From contig NZ_AP028907.1 in assembly GCF_036323395.1 (NCBI RefSeq), positions 420,001 through 452,000 on the forward strand: 32,000 nucleotides of DNA. Direction: 5' to 3'. The notes under the pieces are model-generated. The model was not told where the DNA came from. It was given only the letters and a program-made list of their open reading frames with translations, and made no database searches. This document shows positions 15,838-23,889 of the stretch, one piece after another. The position numbers and the translations under genes are program-made. This DNA comes from Pyrodictium abyssi. GTDB lineage: Archaea > Thermoproteota > Thermoprotei_A > Sulfolobales > Pyrodictiaceae. Numbering within the stretch: position 1 is the stretch's first letter; every line of letters starts with the position of its first letter.

Positions 15838-16613
15838 GCCTGGCTTCCCCGCGTCTCCAGTATGACGCGGGCGTCGACGGCAAGTGCCCCCTGGGGGTAG
15901 CTGAGCACAGGGTTTAGGTCCAGCTCTTTTACCTCAGGGTTCTCCTCCATGAGCCTCTGCACGGCCATTATTATGTCCACTAGCGCCTCTATATCGCGGG
16001 GCGGCTGCCCACGGACACCGCGGAGCACGCGGTAAGCGCGCACCTCCCGTATCATCTCCTCGGCGTCGCGCCGCGCGAAGGGTGAGACGCGGAAGCTAAC
16101 GTCCCGGAACACCTCGATGAATATGCCGCCTAGGCCGAACATCACAGCAGGCCCGAACACGGGGTCCCTTACACCGCCCACGACCACTTCTAGGCCGCCA
16201 CGGGGAGCCATCCCCTGGACGAGGACACCGACGATACGGGCCTCGGGGACGTGCCTCTTCACGTTCTCGAGCATCTCAGTGCAGGCCTTCTCTACCTCCT
16301 CCGGGGTATCGAGGCCAACTACCACGCCGCCGACGTCGCTCTTGTGGACTATATCGGGGCTAACAACCTTGAGGACGACGGGGAAGCCTATCTCGTGGGC
16401 AGCCTCAGCAGCCTCGCGGGGGCCTCTGGCGAGCTGGTAGCCCGGAACCGGGACACCGTAGCCCTCGACGAGGGCTAGCGCCTCGTGCTCAAGGAGCTTA
16501 GCACGGTTCTCGGCGAGAGCCTTCTCTATTATACCGCGTGGGCTAGTCTTCAAGGCGGGGCTGCTCCTCCAGAACTTAGTGGTAGTATGCTCCAGGGATA
16601 TAGGGGCTATCAC
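15834..16613 (-). CDS. acdB: acetate--CoA ligase (ADP-forming), beta subunit (ATP-grasp domain)
   Basis: LLEHEALALVEGYGVPVPGY...EIGFPVVLKVVSPDIVHKSDVGGVVVGL...ELDLNPV is the conserved ATP-grasp_5 pattern of archaeal ADP-forming acetyl-CoA synthetase beta subunits. The stop overlaps the purP stop in a CCTAGG palindrome. Confidence 0.85.
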   Translation of the reverse strand: MIAPISLEHTTTKFWRSSPALKTSPRGIIEKALAENRAKLLEHEALALVEGYGVPVPGYQLARGPREAAEAAHEIGFPVVLKVVSPDIVHKSDVGGVVVGLDTPEEVEKACTEMLENVKRHVPEARIVGVLVQGMAPRGGLEVVVGGVRDPVFGPAVMFGLGGIFIEVFRDVSFRVSPFARRDAEEMIREVRAYRVLRGVRGQPPRDIEALVDIIMAVQRLMEENPEVKELDLNPVLSYPQGALAVDARVILETRGSQA

Positions 16614-16631
16614 GGCCCCTAGGTGCGTGTC

Positions 16632-17636
16632 CTAGGTTCTCATTCTGCGGAGCACGTAGCGGATGAGGGGGTCTGCTAGCCGGTACTCCCTCCCGGCCTT
16701 CTCCACGAAGCTGTAGTCCCTCAGCTCCCGGAGGTACCTGGTGAACTGGGCCTTGTTGAGGCTCCGGGCTATCCTAGTCTCTAGGCAGGTCTTCAGCTCG
16801 CTCCAGGTAAGAGGCCCTGCGGCTAGACACTCTAGCAGCGCCAGGTAGCGTGTCCGGGCCTGGAGGCGGTTAGCCAGGAACCTCTCCAGCTCAGCCTGGA
16901 CCAGGCTCGCCCCCTCCTCCAGCACGCGCTCTAGCGCCTCCCTGTGGCTTCCCGTGGCGTAGGCGTAGTAGCCGTAGGCTGTTAGCCAGCCGGGTATGCC
17001 GTCGAGCCTGTCGACAGCCTCCTCCATGTAGGCCCGGGGCCACTCTAGCCCTAGCTCAGTGAACCCCTGCTCGAGGAACCCCAGGGACTCCTCGCGGCTG
17101 AGCCGGGGCATCTCGATCTCGAGGTAGGGCCTACCGTAGAGGGGTGCACGCGGGTTCCCCCTGCCCAGTAGCCGGTCTAGCAGGCCCACCTCGGAGCCCG
17201 CTAGCACGAGCTTCACGCGCTGATGATAGTCGTATATGTGGGCTAGTAGCCTCGCAAACCCCGGCACAACGGCCATGTCCTGGGCCTCGTCGAAGACGAG
17301 GACCATGTGCTCCCCAGTAGCCTCCGCCGCCTTGTCCAGGGCCTCTACGACCCGTAGCACCAGGTCGGGGGAGCGCCGCGTGACCCGGACCTCGAACCCG
17401 GCCACCGAGAGGCCCTCGACCCTCGCGAGCAGCTCACGGAGATGACGGCCTAGCCCACCGCTCCGCCGGAGCAGCTCCTCCAGGCCCCGGGCCACGACCT
17501 CGTAGACGGTGTCGCTCGTAAGCAGCGGCACGGTGCGCGCGTCGAACACAGCGTAGAGCTTCACCCCGTGTAGCCGTAGCCCGACCCTCACTAGGGACGA
17601 CTTGCCTATCCGCCTAACACCCTTGACCACTATCAT
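16632..17636 (-). CDS. Arch_ATPase-family ATPase with C-terminal DUF234-like wHTH
   Basis: Walker A GVRRIGKSSL, Walker B VLVFDEAQ, and C-terminal LALLECLAAGPLTWSELK...YLRELRDYSFVEK. Family similarity continues upstream of the ATG (LFRLGVKEDPSEFYDYREQLALLGRGL, to about 17730), but that stretch has no ATG/GTG/TTG. Confidence 0.8.
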   Translation of the reverse strand: MIVVKGVRRIGKSSLVRVGLRLHGVKLYAVFDARTVPLLTSDTVYEVVARGLEELLRRSGGLGRHLRELLARVEGLSVAGFEVRVTRRSPDLVLRVVEALDKAAEATGEHMVLVFDEAQDMAVVPGFARLLAHIYDYHQRVKLVLAGSEVGLLDRLLGRGNPRAPLYGRPYLEIEMPRLSREESLGFLEQGFTELGLEWPRAYMEEAVDRLDGIPGWLTAYGYYAYATGSHREALERVLEEGASLVQAELERFLANRLQARTRYLALLECLAAGPLTWSELKTCLETRIARSLNKAQFTRYLRELRDYSFVEKAGREYRLADPLIRYVLRRMRT

Positions 17637-17735
17637 ACGCGTGATGCTGTCCCGTAGCCCCCGCCCGAGCAGCGCCAGCTGCTCCCGGTAGTCGTAGAAC
17701 TCGCTAGGGTCCTCCTTTACGCCGAGCCGGAAAAG

Positions 17736-17775
17736 CAGGTTACACCCCCCGTAACCAGGTTACACCCCCTGTAAC
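17736..17775. repeat. tandem 20-nt direct repeat, each unit an inverted repeat GGTTAC-N7-GTAACC
   Basis: CAGGTTACACCCCCCGTAAC / CAGGTTACACCCCCTGTAAC differ at one position. It lies in the divergent intergenic region between the Arch_ATPase and the SfsA-like gene. Confidence 0.7.
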
Positions 17776-17855
17776 CGCCTTTATTGGCTCCGCCCCGCGG
17801 GCAGAGCTTTATGAGGGCCCAGAACGCCCGGGGCATAGCCATAGGCGCATAGGCG

Positions 17856-18530
17856 GTGATCCTAGCAGAGACCCCGGTAGTAGAGGCGGAGCCCAGGCGG
17901 CTAGCATGGCCCTGGATAGAGGCCGTAACCAGCACGGGCAGCCGGGCTAGGGTGTACGCGGCTGCAGCGCCACGCCAGCTCCTATCCTGTGCACGCCAGC
18001 TACTCCTATCCCAGGCCGGGCTCACGGGCCTCCGCCTAGCCGCGGTCGTGGATAGAAGCGGGGCAGTAGTGCCCCTAGACCACCGGCTCCTAGAGGCAGC
18101 CTTCCCCCGCGTAGCCGCCCGGCTCTACGGCGACCCAGACCCCCTCGTAGAGCGCGAGAGATGGGTCAACGGGACACGGGTAGACTACCTAGTATCGACC
18201 AGCAGAGGCCTAGTCCTGGTGGAGCACAAGACCCTAGCCCACACCGGCCCAGGAGAGCCAGCGTACCCGAGGACGCCGAGCCAGCGGCTCCAACGCCAGC
18301 TAGAAGTACTGTGGAGAGCGGCAGAAGCCCTAGAGGCACGCGCAGAGCTAGTAGTAGCAGTAGCGAGCCCCTCGGCCAAGAGGCTCCTGCTAACAGGGGA
18401 CCCCGTGGCCCGCCGGCTGCTAAGAGCGCACCCGGAGAGGCTCGGGGCGAGAGCCTACCGGGTAGAAGCGCTGCTCGAAAACCGGAGGCTAGTACTGCTA
18501 TACCGAGGGGAAATCGCTGTACAGCTATAG
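17856..18530 (+). CDS. SfsA-like (sugar fermentation stimulation protein family, PD-(D/E)xK fold) protein
   Basis: GTRVDYLVSTSRGLVLVEHKTLAH...AYPRTPSQRLQRQLEVL...RAELVVAV...GARAYRVE parallels E. coli SfsA (SRIDFML...CYIEVKSVTL...FPDAVTERGQKHLRELM...RAVIFFAV...GVEILAYK). The N-terminal third is poorly conserved. Confidence 0.55.
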   Translation: MILAETPVVEAEPRRLAWPWIEAVTSTGSRARVYAAAAPRQLLSCARQLLLSQAGLTGLRLAAVVDRSGAVVPLDHRLLEAAFPRVAARLYGDPDPLVERERWVNGTRVDYLVSTSRGLVLVEHKTLAHTGPGEPAYPRTPSQRLQRQLEVLWRAAEALEARAELVVAVASPSAKRLLLTGDPVARRLLRAHPERLGARAYRVEALLENRRLVLLYRGEIAVQL

Positions 18531-18786
18531 CGCGAGTTGTGAGCCGCTACGGGGTGATGAGTAACCCCGGTGAGACCCGGCTGACAACCCTCCCCGGGCT
18601 CAGGGGAGGGGATGACTAGAGCCCCGCATCACTGACCACACGTCGCCCTGGAGCACGGCTGAAAGCCGAGCCCGGGGGAAGGAGGAGAGCCGGAGCCCCT
18701 ATCCCGCAGAGGACTCTACGCCGGAGACAGGGGGCTGCGGCGCGCTGGCCAAAGCCCTCTGTCCGGCAGAACGGGGTAGAAGCGGC

Positions 18787-19019
18787 GGGCCTCTGCCCGC
18801 GCCTCCCAGGCCCCGCTGGGGCTGCCCACCCGGGGGCTGGAGCGCCTCCCCCTGTGAGAGCGCCTGCCGGAGCTCCTAGGGGCCGGCCGTAACCCCCTAG
18901 GGCTACGGCTCAAGCCCCTTTCGGAGCCCCTTCTCAGGCGCCCTCTTCGGGGTCTGGCGTCTCCGCGCCCCGGTGGGTTCTTGCCCCTTTGGGTTACCTG
19001 GGAACGCGGGCAGAGGCCC
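18787..19019 (-). ncRNA. structured non-coding RNA, identity unresolved (RNase P RNA-like motifs); the transcript may extend to about 18531
   Basis: Perfect 15-bp terminal helix (19005-19019 with 18787-18801), extended by CCCAGG/CCUGGG and a 10-bp helix with one bulge. Internal hairpins carry GAAA and GAGA tetraloops. G-U pairs in three hairpins would become C-A mismatches on the + strand. TATA box TTTAAATA lies about 26 nt upstream on the minus strand. There is no credible ORF. Confidence 0.5.
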
Positions 19020-19033
19020 ATGTAATACCTACA

Positions 19034-19819
19034 CTATTCTTCATATTTAAACATATTGTTTAATGAGCTATAACGGGTGTCTATAAGTAGTCCGCGGTCA
19101 GAGTAACAGCGCGCTATATCGCCTAGAGTTTCATAGTACTTCTCTGGGTCCACTTCCACGGCCTCGCCTCGGTCCACGTCCACCAGTATCACGGCGTGGA
19201 GCCGGGCGAGCTGGAGATCCTCAAGCGGCACAGGAGGGTCGCGGTAGTAGCGGTCTACGAGGCTCTTGAGCCTCTCCAGCTCCTCTACGCTCCGCGCCTT
19301 GGGCGGGCGGAGCAGTATGCTTGGCACGGGGGCGGCGTAGTATGGCGGCACGGCTAGCGCCATTTTCCCAGCGTACCTGCTGTAGCGGGCAATCTTCGCG
19401 GCTAGCCGGGCCCGTAGGTAGTCCAGCGGGTCGAGCGCGTTAGAGGGAGGCGTAAACCCGGTCTCAACCTCCACTACTAGGCCGTCACCGAGACGCTCAG
19501 CGTACACGTCACAGACCAGGCCGTCTGGCAGCCTGTGCTCCACGTCAACCCTCTCGTAGCCGCGGCGGATGAGATGCCCCGCCACCACCAGCTCCATAGC
19601 CGTGTGGTTTATCTTCACGAGGCCTCTCCGGTACATCTCCACGAGCTTCCCGACTAGGGGCTCAAGCTCCTCCCGGAGGCCCATGCGGCCCGCTATCTCC
19701 TGGAGGTCGCGCTGGAACCTCTCAACGCTGTGCTGGCTCGGCGCCACAGCGGGTAGCCCCTTGTGTAGATGGGGACGGGCACCCTGTAATTCAGCCCCTG
19801 CTACGGGGCAGCCTCTCAC
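19034..19819 (-). CDS. hypothetical protein with PD-(D/E)xK nuclease-like core
   Basis: 261-codon ORF with coding-like composition. ELVVAGHLIRRGYERVDVEH..DGLVCDVYAERLGDGLVVEVETG resembles the D...(D/E)xK-type core of restriction-endonuclease-fold proteins. No family recognised by eye. Confidence 0.6.
   Translation of the reverse strand: MRGCPVAGAELQGARPHLHKGLPAVAPSQHSVERFQRDLQEIAGRMGLREELEPLVGKLVEMYRRGLVKINHTAMELVVAGHLIRRGYERVDVEHRLPDGLVCDVYAERLGDGLVVEVETGFTPPSNALDPLDYLRARLAAKIARYSRYAGKMALAVPPYYAAPVPSILLRPPKARSVEELERLKSLVDRYYRDPPVPLEDLQLARLHAVILVDVDRGEAVEVDPEKYYETLGDIARCYSDRGLLIDTRYSSLNNMFKYEE
19044..19051 (-). promoter_or_regulatory. TATA box for the minus-strand ncRNA, embedded in the last codons of the upstream CDS
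   Basis: The minus strand reads TTTAAATA, matching the archaeal TTTAWATA consensus. Its centre is about 26-28 nt upstream of 19019, the first base of the 15-bp terminal helix. Confidence 0.5.
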
Positions 19820-19923
19820 TACTCGTAACGGTTTCCTCTAAGCAGCATGTTTTTATAGCCCTGGACTGCTAGCCTACTTCTACGCGCGAATACAATAACG
19901 CATGTTTCAATCCCTCCAGGGGT

Positions 19924-21123
19924 ATGAGAGCGTTGGCTACCCAGAAGAAGCGCGTAGTCGTGGTAGGCGGCGGCATAGCAGGTATGGCTGCTGCGCGCAC
20001 ACTCGTAGAGAGGATAGGCGACGCGGCAGAAGTCACAGTCGTAACCAAGGACCCCTTCTACATGGCTGGGCCTAGCCGCCCCCTACTGCTAACCGGGGAG
20101 CAGAGCTACGACCGCATAACCCGCGGCTACGAGGAGGCCGCGGCCAGCGGCATAAGGATAGTGTACGGCAACGTGACCCGCATCGACCCCGGCGAGCGCC
20201 GCGTATACTACACAGAATCCCCAACCAGGAGCTACACCTCGACCACCCAGAGCAGCCTAGACTACGACTACCTAATCCTAGCCCCCGGCGTAGTCTACGA
20301 TGGCTCGAGCATCGAGGGCTACAGGGAGCACTGGCACCGCACAGCTAGCGTCTACGAGCCCGGCCGCGTAGACGTGCTACGCAGCCGCATCTGGAGCCAG
20401 AACAAGGGCACAGTAGTAGTGTACGCTCCGCCCATGCCCTACCGCTGTGCTCCAGCTCCCACAGAGACTGCTCTAATAATAGATGCTGTCCTGCGCCACC
20501 GCGGAGTACGTAATAGCTTCAGCATAGTACATGTGGATGCAAACCAGAAGACACAGCCACCGGTGATAGCAGATATAGTGAAGAATATCTACGATGAAGC
20601 AGGGATCGAACTCATAACGGGTAGAAAAATAACTGAGATAGACGATAAATCGGTGGTCCTGGAGGATGGAGAACGCATAGAATACACGATCCTGGCGCTG
20701 CTTGAGCCGAACCGCGCTCCACGCTTCATAGCCGAGGCAGGGCTCGGCCAGGACTGGATAGAGGTGAAGACACCCGAGAAGCCCCGCACACCAAGCTACG
20801 ACGACATACTCGCGGCGGGCGACGCCGCTAAGCTGCCTTTCCCCAAGAACCAGGAGATAGCCTACGAGAGCGCCCTCTACGCAGCCAACACGATAATAGA
20901 GGAACTGGGCGGCGAGCCAGCGAGCGTACAGTACGCCTTCCTCGGCTGGGTGTATATGGGCAACCTCCAGGGTCGGCTAGAGACGCTGAGCATCCAGTTC
21001 GGGCTAAACTTCACCACGAAGCCGCCGAAGGCCAGCAAGGATGCCACGCCTAAGCGCGACTACACGCTCCAGAAGGACCGCTGGGAGCAGAGCTACCTCA
21101 ACCGGCTCTTCCACCCCAAGTAG
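19924..21123 (+). CDS. FAD-dependent pyridine nucleotide-disulfide oxidoreductase, sulfide:quinone oxidoreductase-like
   Basis: N-terminal Rossmann motif VVVVGGGIAGMAAA. The PYRCAPAPTETALIID segment resembles the SQR/FCSD P.kCpgAP.E motif. A second dinucleotide-fold region ends in AAGDAA. Confidence 0.7.
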   Translation: MRALATQKKRVVVVGGGIAGMAAARTLVERIGDAAEVTVVTKDPFYMAGPSRPLLLTGEQSYDRITRGYEEAAASGIRIVYGNVTRIDPGERRVYYTESPTRSYTSTTQSSLDYDYLILAPGVVYDGSSIEGYREHWHRTASVYEPGRVDVLRSRIWSQNKGTVVVYAPPMPYRCAPAPTETALIIDAVLRHRGVRNSFSIVHVDANQKTQPPVIADIVKNIYDEAGIELITGRKITEIDDKSVVLEDGERIEYTILALLEPNRAPRFIAEAGLGQDWIEVKTPEKPRTPSYDDILAAGDAAKLPFPKNQEIAYESALYAANTIIEELGGEPASVQYAFLGWVYMGNLQGRLETLSIQFGLNFTTKPPKASKDATPKRDYTLQKDRWEQSYLNRLFHPK

Positions 21124-21260
21124 CCATCGCCGCGCCTCTCTTTTTACGGCCCCCGGGGGCCGGAGGAGCGGCCGTAGTCCTCTTATACCCGGAGCTAGGC
21201 CGCGGGGTCTTGGCCCACGTGTATCCCACCTAGCGTCCTGGCCGGGGTGACGGGGTATGG

Positions 21261-22928
21261 GTGGTCGCCAAATCCGTCGCTAGCCTACCCAGCGTAGACG
21301 GAGCCGCACTCCTCGAGAGGGTCGAGGTCCTCGACACAACGCTGCGCGACGGAGCCCAGGCGCACGGCATATCCTTCAGCCTCCAGGCGAAGATACGGAT
21401 AGCCCTAGAGCTAGACCGCCTAGGCGTATCCTTCATCGAGGCCGGGTGGCCGGGCAGCAACCCCAAGGACGAGGAGTTCTTCCGGGCAATAAGGGACTAT
21501 AGCCTCAGCCACGCCGAGATAGTAGCGTTCACCTCGACACGCCGCAAGGGCATGAAGCCGGAGGAGGACAGAGTTCTCGCCAAGGTGCTCGACGCGGAGA
21601 CGCGCTGGGTCACCGTCTTCGGCAAGTCGTGGACACTACACGTCCACGAGGTCCTAAGGACAACGCTCGAAGAGAACCTGGACATGGTCTACGACACGAT
21701 AAGGTTCCTCCGCGAGCACGGCGTCCGGGTCATATTCGACGCAGAGCACTTCTTCAACGGCTACCTCGAGGACCCCGAGTACGCGCTAAAAGTGCTGGAG
21801 ACAGCCGTGGAGGCCGGCGCCGAGAGGATAGTACTAGCGGACACCAACGGCGGCATGCTGCCCCACACTGTGTACCGTGTCGTCCGCGAGGTCCGCGAGA
21901 GGATAAAGGCGCCCCTAGGGCTCCACATGCACAACGACAGCGGCTGCGCGGTAGCAAACACCATCATGGGCGTCCTCGCCGGCGCAGAGCACGTACAGGT
22001 CACGGTCAACGGTATAGGGGAGCGCACCGGGAACGCAGACCTATGCCAGGTAGTCCCGGGGCTCGAGCTGAAGCTCGGCGTCCGCGCCCTAGAGAACCCT
22101 GAGGGGCTCCGGCTCCTACGCCGGGTATCCCGGCTCGTCTACGAGCTAGCAGGGCTCCAGCCCAACCCCTACCAGCCCTATGTCGGCGACAACGCGTTCG
22201 CACACAAAGCGGGGGTGCACGTCGACGCGGTGCTGAAGACACCCAGGGCCTACGAGCACATAGACCCCGGGGCTGTGGGCAACCAGCGACGCCTAGCCGT
22301 ATCGGAGCTGAGCGGCGCCGCTAACCTCGTAGCATGGGCGCGCCGCGAGCTAGGCCTAGAACTCGGCAAGCGCGACCCACGGCTCCGCCGGGCCCTAGAG
22401 CGGGTGAAGCAGCTCGAGAACCAGGGCTACAGCTTCGACAACGCTTACGCCTCGGCGCTCCTCATACTCATGGAGGAGCTGGGGGCCAGGGCCCGGCCCT
22501 TCCGTGTAGAGGCCTGGAGAGTGGTCAGCGAGGGCGGGCCCCAGGGGAGCAGGAGCTGGGCACTAGTCAAGGTCGCGGCGCCGGGCGGCGAGACGGTGCT
22601 AGCAGCAGGCGAGGGCGGCGGACCCGTACACGCCGTAGACGAGGCCCTCCGCGCCGCCCTAGCAAGGCTACTACCCGGCGGAGCCGGGGCGGCCCGGCTC
22701 ATAGACTACCGGGTCACGCTACCCGGGGCCGTGAGGCACACCGCCAGCACAGTGAGAGTCGAGGTAACCCTGACAGACGGCTCCAGCGCGTGGACCACGG
22801 TCTCGGTCTCGGACAACATAGTAGAGGCCAGCCTAGACGCGCTAACCCAGGGCATAGAGTACTACCTGCTCCGCAGCAGGCTACGCCAACAGGCCAGCAC
22901 GCCGGCTACAAGGGCTCCATCCGGGTAG
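21261..22928 (+). CDS. cimA: citramalate synthase / 2-isopropylmalate synthase family enzyme (long form with LeuA-type C-terminal regulatory domain)
   Basis: VLDTTLRDGAQAHGISFSLQAKIRIALELDRLGVSFIEAGWPGSNPKDEEFF is the HMGL-like N-terminus, including the GWPGSNPKD motif typical of the CimA-type clade. HMHNDSGCAVAN is the metal-site motif. The tail is a LeuA_dimer-like domain of about 150 aa. The start codon (GTG at 21261) is uncertain. Confidence 0.8.
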   Translation: MVAKSVASLPSVDGAALLERVEVLDTTLRDGAQAHGISFSLQAKIRIALELDRLGVSFIEAGWPGSNPKDEEFFRAIRDYSLSHAEIVAFTSTRRKGMKPEEDRVLAKVLDAETRWVTVFGKSWTLHVHEVLRTTLEENLDMVYDTIRFLREHGVRVIFDAEHFFNGYLEDPEYALKVLETAVEAGAERIVLADTNGGMLPHTVYRVVREVRERIKAPLGLHMHNDSGCAVANTIMGVLAGAEHVQVTVNGIGERTGNADLCQVVPGLELKLGVRALENPEGLRLLRRVSRLVYELAGLQPNPYQPYVGDNAFAHKAGVHVDAVLKTPRAYEHIDPGAVGNQRRLAVSELSGAANLVAWARRELGLELGKRDPRLRRALERVKQLENQGYSFDNAYASALLILMEELGARARPFRVEAWRVVSEGGPQGSRSWALVKVAAPGGETVLAAGEGGGPVHAVDEALRAALARLLPGGAGAARLIDYRVTLPGAVRHTASTVRVEVTLTDGSSAWTTVSVSDNIVEASLDALTQGIEYYLLRSRLRQQASTPATRAPSG

Positions 22929-23811
22929 TCAGGTCGGCGGGCCGCGCCCAGTACGGAGCACTAGTAACCACCACGTCGACCCCGGTAGCCGCGTACTCCG
23001 CCACGTTTTCCAGCCCTATCCCCCCGCCCACGGCGACACGTATGCGGGGGTTCCGGCGCTTCAGCTCCCTCACGAGCCTCGCCAGCTCCCCGGGCTCCAC
23101 GTGGTCCAGCTGCACCTCGTCCACCACACCGCTCTCCGCAGCGAGCAGCGCCTCCTCCATAGTCTCCGCCTCCACCGCCACCAGCCTCTCCCCGACGACG
23201 CCCCGGGCCCCGCGGAGCCGGTCCAGCGCCTCCCTTAGCCCGCCCCCGAGGAGCACCAGGTGGTTACGGAACACCAGTACGGTCTCCGAGAGCCCCATAC
23301 GGTGCAGCGTAGCCCCGCCGCAGAGCACGCAGCGGTAGTAGAGGCTGCGTAGCCCCGGCGGAGCCTTCCTGGCGACAGCGACCACGACCCCGGGGCTAGC
23401 GGCGCGGGCCCGCTCAACCATCCGCCGCGTATACGTCGCAACACCCGAACCCACAGCAGCCAGTGTCTGGGCGAGCCTCCAGCCAGCATGCAGCACCCCC
23501 GCCGGCCCCTCCGCCTCCAGCAGAGCCTGGCCCGGCTCAGCCCAGCAGCCCTCCCCGGCGAGGAGCCTCACACGAGCCCCAAGCCTCTCGTATACCGCAG
23601 CAGCCTCCCTGAGCCCGCAGGCGACTATCCGCTCCCGGGTCACAAGCCTCGCCCGGCCAGCCCTCCACGCGATGCCCAGCACGCCGGTGGTGAAGTCCGT
23701 GTAGGGCACGTCCTCCCTTATCCACTCGTCGAGGAGCGAGCCCGGTAGCGGGAAGAACCAGTCACAGCCACAGCTCTCGGGCAAGGGGAGACCAGGCACC
23801 CCTCCAGGCAC
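22906..23811 (-). CDS. modD: ModD-like quinolinate phosphoribosyltransferase-family protein
   Basis: REDVPYTDFTT...ARKAPPGLRSLYYRCVLCGGATLHRMGLSETVLVFRNH...VQLDHV...VAVGGGI follows the QPRTase fold. HR.GLSEtvLvF.nH is typical of ModD rather than NadC. The 3' end overlaps cimA convergently by 23 nt. The N-terminal start is uncertain. Confidence 0.75.
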   Translation of the reverse strand: MPGGVPGLPLPESCGCDWFFPLPGSLLDEWIREDVPYTDFTTGVLGIAWRAGRARLVTRERIVACGLREAAAVYERLGARVRLLAGEGCWAEPGQALLEAEGPAGVLHAGWRLAQTLAAVGSGVATYTRRMVERARAASPGVVVAVARKAPPGLRSLYYRCVLCGGATLHRMGLSETVLVFRNHLVLLGGGLREALDRLRGARGVVGERLVAVEAETMEEALLAAESGVVDEVQLDHVEPGELARLVRELKRRNPRIRVAVGGGIGLENVAEYAATGVDVVVTSAPYWARPADLTTRMEPL

Positions 23812-23889
23812 GCAGCCCAGGGCTTCCCCGCGCGTACAATCCCCGGAGAGGGTGGTGCGTAGAAAAGGAACCGGTCTAGGCCCCCGGGC

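Noticed and set aside
17736-17775. CRISPR array, considered for this and the other short tandem repeats in the window
   Set aside because: There are only two or three short adjacent units with no unique spacers of CRISPR length. No repeat-spacer periodicity was found anywhere in the window.
18554-18635. Possible C/D box sRNA on the + strand: GUGAUGA (18554), CUGA (18581), GGAUGA (18610), CUGA (18632)
   Set aside because: The box spacings (20, 25 and 16 nt) do not fit the tight spacing of about 12 nt in archaeal C/D sRNAs. There is no terminal pairing flanking the C and D boxes. The boxes fall inside stable hairpins of the larger structured region.
18531-19020. SRP (7S) RNA as the identity of the structured region
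   Set aside because: A long imperfect rod is present. However, I could not find the invariant helix 8 element (GNAR tetraloop followed by GGAGCA) or a convincing Alu-domain UGUNR arrangement on either strand.
22334-23338. 334-codon + strand ORF antisense to the ModD-like gene. Similar long shadow ORFs are 25570..26565, 13195..13722, 12050..12565, 2027..2674 and 27816..28247.
   Set aside because: All are low-complexity Arg/Pro/Ser/Gly-rich translations lying opposite to, or out of frame with, genes that have recognisable family motifs.
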